Translations under genes and position numbers: made by a program
The notes under the pieces: generated by a model
What the model was told of the DNA's origin: nothing
What the model saw: only the letters and a program-made list of their open reading frames with translations
The model's database searches: none
DNA from: Selaginella moellendorffii
Lineage: Eukaryota > Plantae > Lycopodiophyta
Reading direction: 5' to 3'
Length of the DNA stretch: 64,000 bases
Assembly: GCF_000143415.4 (NCBI RefSeq)
Contig: NW_003314307.1
Coordinates: forward strand, 1,096,952 to 1,160,951
In this document: positions 59,446 to 64,000 of the stretch, piece by piece
Numbering within the stretch: position 1 is the stretch's first letter
Layout: every line of letters starts with the position of its first letter

Positions 59446-60862
59446 CAAACTACCTAGATCTTCTTGCTTGCAAAAAAAAAACTTGCTCGAGCTGCTCTTG
59501 CTTGCTCGTCTTTGAACTGATTTTATAGCTGGATTCTACGTTAAGCCATCGTAGAAGAACGCGTCCACTACCGAATTCCCCATTTCGCCGGGCTTTGGCA
59601 ATGCAAAAGAAGATTTCACTCGTCTAAACATTCAAGACTTGCGTCACCTCTTGGTATTTCTTATGAAATTGACTTGCACAACCAGATCTTGTTCTGCTCT
59701 CTTAGGATCTTAGATGCATAAGCATTTGCATGGCTCTCCAGGCCCCGTCCCAAGCCCAAACGAGCGCTGCGTTGACTTTAAAATGTTATCTATCTCTCTT
59801 TTTTTCGCGAAACTTTGAATCTTCCTCGAGATCAAAAACAGTTCGACGTCGAAACAAAAAGTTGTTCTTGCGCTTGGCTCCCCTTGTTTTTCTTGTCCTC
59901 TCTGTTGGTTCGTTCCACCTTGTCATGTTACATACATTCTGGGAATCTACGGTAGTACCCGGATCTGCGACTATAAGTCAATAGCAAATGACGCGGGAAG
60001 CAGTGTAGATCTTATTACTTATTCACACCTGCTATTGAAAATCCAATCCAATCCCTCACGAAACTCTTGAAACTTTTGCTTAGAACAGCTTTAGTTGGAC
60101 TCGTTGCAGTGATTGTAGGTGTGGGTGTACACATATACCACGCTAGAAGTAGAACCACAGCCCCCCTCCTCCTTCTCTTCCTTGTTCTTTGGGGGCTCGT
60201 AATCGTTCTCGATGGAGCGAAGAACACTATGGTGGCAATCCATTGCCTTGACCACGTCGTCCACATCAAAGTTTCCAATCACCACCAGGCCTTCCACCTC
60301 GTCAACCCCTGTTGAGAAAACTACACTTAGCGATGCAATCCAAAGATAGTGTTATACCTTCGATGTAATTTAAATCACCTGATTTTCTGAGTTCCAACTT
60401 AAAAGTTTTTTATTTGGAGAGGGCCGCGCGTACGCGAGCCCTCAGCTTCCACAAATTACGACGTCCACTCCTCCACTTTGGGAAGATGGTAGGCCGGCCA
60501 AGCCGAAGTGCAATGGGAAAGCCGAACCTAAGCCATTGGCCTTCATAATCACCAATAGAACCCGTCCAGGTAAGTATGTAAATCCTCCTCAAGCCCTAGG
60601 CTATATACTGCTTTGGGGGCTTCATTCCACACCACGGCATGTGGGATAGGTTAAATCCTCTAGGGTCTAGAATCTAGGTTATATTCCCTTGGCATATGCT
60701 AATTTATTCTAGTTGTTCGTTTTCAAGGAAGCAAAATGCTGTGTATATACAGATAAGAGGAACAAAGCAAGAAGGGAAGGAAAAAAAAAATTTCGTCCGG
60801 CAATGCACCACCTCGGGAAGAAAAGAAAGCTTATTTTACACATACTCCTGCGACAAGCCACT

Positions 60863-63800
60863 TTAGCCGAATCCAAATCCTTCGCTCGCTTCGTGGATCG
60901 CCAGGAGCAACCGGTCGTGCATTTGATCTTTGGACGAGTACTCCGGCAAATCGAGCTGGTTGAAACTGCGAGAGCGCAAGAACGAATTAGAAAACTATGG
61001 AGGGAGAGGGAAAGGGAGAGAGAGGGAGAGAGCGAGAGTTACCATGTGTGAGCCGAAGGGAGACGCTCCGGTGCACCGTAAGCCTTGTGAATCTGAAACT
61101 TTTGAGGCCCTGAGATGCCTTGTAGTGCTTTAAAGCCTTCCAGTGGGACCTGCACAGGCCACAAGATTATTAACTCAGCTGGAAGAACGTCTAAAAGATC
61201 ATCTATCGCATACCTTGGATGTCCCCGTAATAAACTGCAAAAGCCGAGCCATATCTTCCTTGCTAAAGTCTTGTACCACTTCCCAGAACCATTGCACCAC
61301 TGGGGAACCGCTACTGTAGCCCGTGTACTCGGTGTTGGCTCTCAAATCATCCACTGCAAAAAAGCAACCGTCGTTAAGTGAAGATCAAAAAAACAAAACA
61401 GCAGAACTTACAATCTATTTCAGGCAGACCACTGATGAGGAGCTCCAGTTCCTTGTCGTTGAAGATGGATATCAACTCTCTGGGGACCAGCTCATTGAAG
61501 CCTTCCAAGAAGGCGTTGATTTGCGGTCTGATCGCCGTGGTTAATCTGTGCTCCGCGATGAGATCCACATACTCGTGCTTGTTTTCTTCCGTCACTCGGA
61601 TGTTTCGGCCTCCAGGAACCAGCTCGTGGTCAGTCACCTGTAGTAGCAAACAAAGTTGGAAGCCAGTCGCAAGAAAAATTGTAAGTACCTCAGTCTTTTC
61701 GTAAAGAATGTGCTTCTCTTCATCCGCGTCGATGCTGAATGTTAGCCCAAGGATGTCGTTCACATCATTCTGCATTAAAACAATGAGCATATTTCACTAA
61801 AACAAACAGGGGACACACGGACGCACCTCAAGGAGCCACTTCAAGTTTTTGTAGTAGTCGGGATCAACAGCTTCAATGTCGTGATATGTCACCTTGGTGC
61901 CAAGTATATGCTTGTAAAACGATCGCGTAAAGTAGACATCCAGAAGCTGCCCGTCAAATAACGCCTTAGAAACCTGCCACGAAAAAAGTTTCACAACTTT
62001 CCTTCCACGAAAGACATCTGGTACTTACCACACGGCCAACAAACTTGAAGTACGAAAGGTGTTCCGTCTGATACACCGAGTTCGGGTTGGGCTGGAAAGT
62101 GGACTCGTTCCCCACGGTCGTAAACAGAAGCGCTCCTTTGTCAAAGATAACCCGTGAAAGCAGCTGGTACCACTCCCTGGTCAAGCCACCCGCATCTATT
62201 CCCTCTTCCCCTTGAAACTGCACTGTAAGCCGCCCCTTCACTTCATCAGGAGTCCGCATTCTCAACTGGTTATACGAGTCCTCCAGCACGTAGGCTCTCC
62301 TGACCGAAATCCGAAGAGGTCCGAAGTGCTGTTGCTCGTGCTGCTGCCTGATCCTTGATCGGAAGTAGGCTCGTTTGTTGTCAAAGTCGATAAGCCTGGG
62401 AGTCTTGAGTAGAAGCGAGAAAGACTTCTCCAGCAAGCCCGAATTTTGCCGCAAGAAGGCGTTCAAAAGCCGACGATGCCTCTCCGCAAACCGTATAAAG
62501 TTCAAGCCTCTTTCGTCGGGTCTATTCGTCAACTTGAAACTCGAACTGCCAGTGTGAGCCCAATCGGACGTGCTGCTTGGTGATTCTAGATCAATCCCTG
62601 TTCCCTCGGTCTGTGGTCTCAGCTTCTCGCACAAAACCAGAAACGCCTCCACAAAATCCAGCACTTTCTGAGACCCTTGGGGAAGCGGAGAGGTGACGGC
62701 CCCCAAAGCACCTACAATGCTTGAAGAAGAACTCGTAGTAAGCCTGCTTTCTATCCTTCCTATGGATATGCTGAGTTGCTGCCACAATGGTTCCGTAACG
62801 ACGTTAAGCTCGCGTATGATGTCCTGGAGCTCGTCTGCTTTAGCGTCCCGGTTTGTAAGGGCGCTAAGAGCCTGTAAAACTCTCAAAATTGCAGTTCCAG
62901 CCGAAGAGCTTCCACCGGAAATATTGTCCGCCAGCGACCGCAGCTCATTGACGGCTGGGACACTAAGTTTATGAGCTGCGTCTGCCAGTTCTGAAATAAA
63001 CAGTCGACGGTGCAACGGAACAGCGTCCGATAATTTCTTCAACACTTCGGAAACACGGGAATATGAAACAGAAGATAACCTGCAAGACGAGTACGTCAGG
63101 CCACAATCGAGTAATTTGTGACAACTCACCCATCCTGTGCCAAAAGTCTGCACATGTTGCAGAGCTCATTCTTTGGCAACTTTGAAAGAATATCAGCTTC
63201 CGTTTTACTCAAAGTAATCGATGGAGTTGGAGGGTTCTCCGGTTGCTGTTGAGGTGACTCAGAAGATGTCTCTTGAGGAGCATCCGATGGCTGAGTATCC
63301 GAAGGAAGGCCATTTGAGTTGTCAATCGCATCACTGTCCATACCAGTGCAACTCGTGACTACTTCTAGCAAGCCAAGAACCTGTTGAGAAAATTCACATT
63401 TACTAGTGTCAGGAAACAGAAAAGGATGACTCACTTGCTCGAGATGTTGGCTGCTGCGAGAATAGAGTGGTCTGTCCAGCAGTTTTAAAAACAAAACTAT
63501 CGGTATATACTTCGGTTGTATATCGCTCGCGGTCGAAGAAGACGGATTCTCATACATCTTCTCCTTTCCCTTATCAGCAGCTTCGTTTCCTCTTTCTGAT
63601 GGTTCCTGCTCCAGGTATAGTAGAGACTTTGCTACCGAGGTATGACTACGTGCTAAATGTGTCAGTACTTCCAATACTCGACGAGAAACAAGCGGTGGAA
63701 TTCCTGCAATGTTTAAAAAGGTTAAAAGGTTTCCACAAAAAGAGAAAAGAAAAGAAATACCATCCGAAAGCTGAGCGCGTGCATACACGACGTTCCACTG

Positions 63801-64000
63801 ACAGCCATAAAGCCTCTGAGAGGGCGCACCATCAGCTGATATGGCTGCACAGTATCCCTCCGATTCTGGCCTGAGCATGTCCAATAGAAGACGGAGCAAT
63901 GCAGACCTGGTTCCACTATGGACACAAAGATTCGAAAGCAACCTTTGCAGCAGACCTTTAATCAATGGCTGCAGTAAAATGTAAAACAGGTTTAGAAAGC
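60863..64000 (-). CDS. UPL1: HECT E3 ubiquitin ligase UPL1/UPL2-like, 3' part (continues beyond window)
   Basis: '[15 protein letters not shown]', '[15 protein letters not shown]', '[22 protein letters not shown]', '[17 protein letters not shown]', catalytic '[13 protein letters not shown]...[11 protein letters not shown]' (stop 60863); many short introns. Confidence 0.96.

Noticed and set aside
60015-60592. Small ORFs between the B3 gene and UPL
   Set aside because: No consistent spliced model or known motif; may be a gene remnant.

Overview
Eukaryotic plant nuclear DNA, most likely a lycophyte such as Selaginella moellendorffii. This is inferred from the very short GT-AG introns, intergenic gaps of 60-200 bp, several intronless PLS-class PPR genes and strongly transition-decayed LTR retrotransposons; it was not confirmed by any search. 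The window alternates between GC-rich gene islands and AT-rich transposon blocks. Island 1 (1.7-7.8 kb) holds a glycine-rich protein, two PPR-E genes and a WRKY19-like Cys/His pseudogene. Island 2 (36-41.4 kb) holds a PPR-E gene, CYP28, a TVP38/TMEM64 protein and a MAM33 protein. Island 3 (51.4-64 kb) holds a PSRP-7/PETs-like S1 protein without EF-Ts, an orphan, a PPR-E gene, SPC12, an ABI3/FUS3-like B3 factor, a DUF4057 protein, a REM-like B3 protein and the 3' half of a UPL1/2 HECT ligase. The transposon blocks (8-35.9 kb and 41.5-51 kb) contain nested, degenerate Ty3/gypsy elements and one structurally complete TRIM with a target-site duplication. They also contain a run of co-oriented spliced pseudogenes (trypsin-like and ACBP4-kelch chimera). 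The most notable feature is an intact, AT-rich, intronless secreted gene fusing an unknown domain to a bulb-type lectin, set head-to-head with a defensin-like peptide ORF. All calls come from reading the sequence and motif recognition; no database searches were run. No CRISPR array, rRNA or complete tRNA gene was seen.
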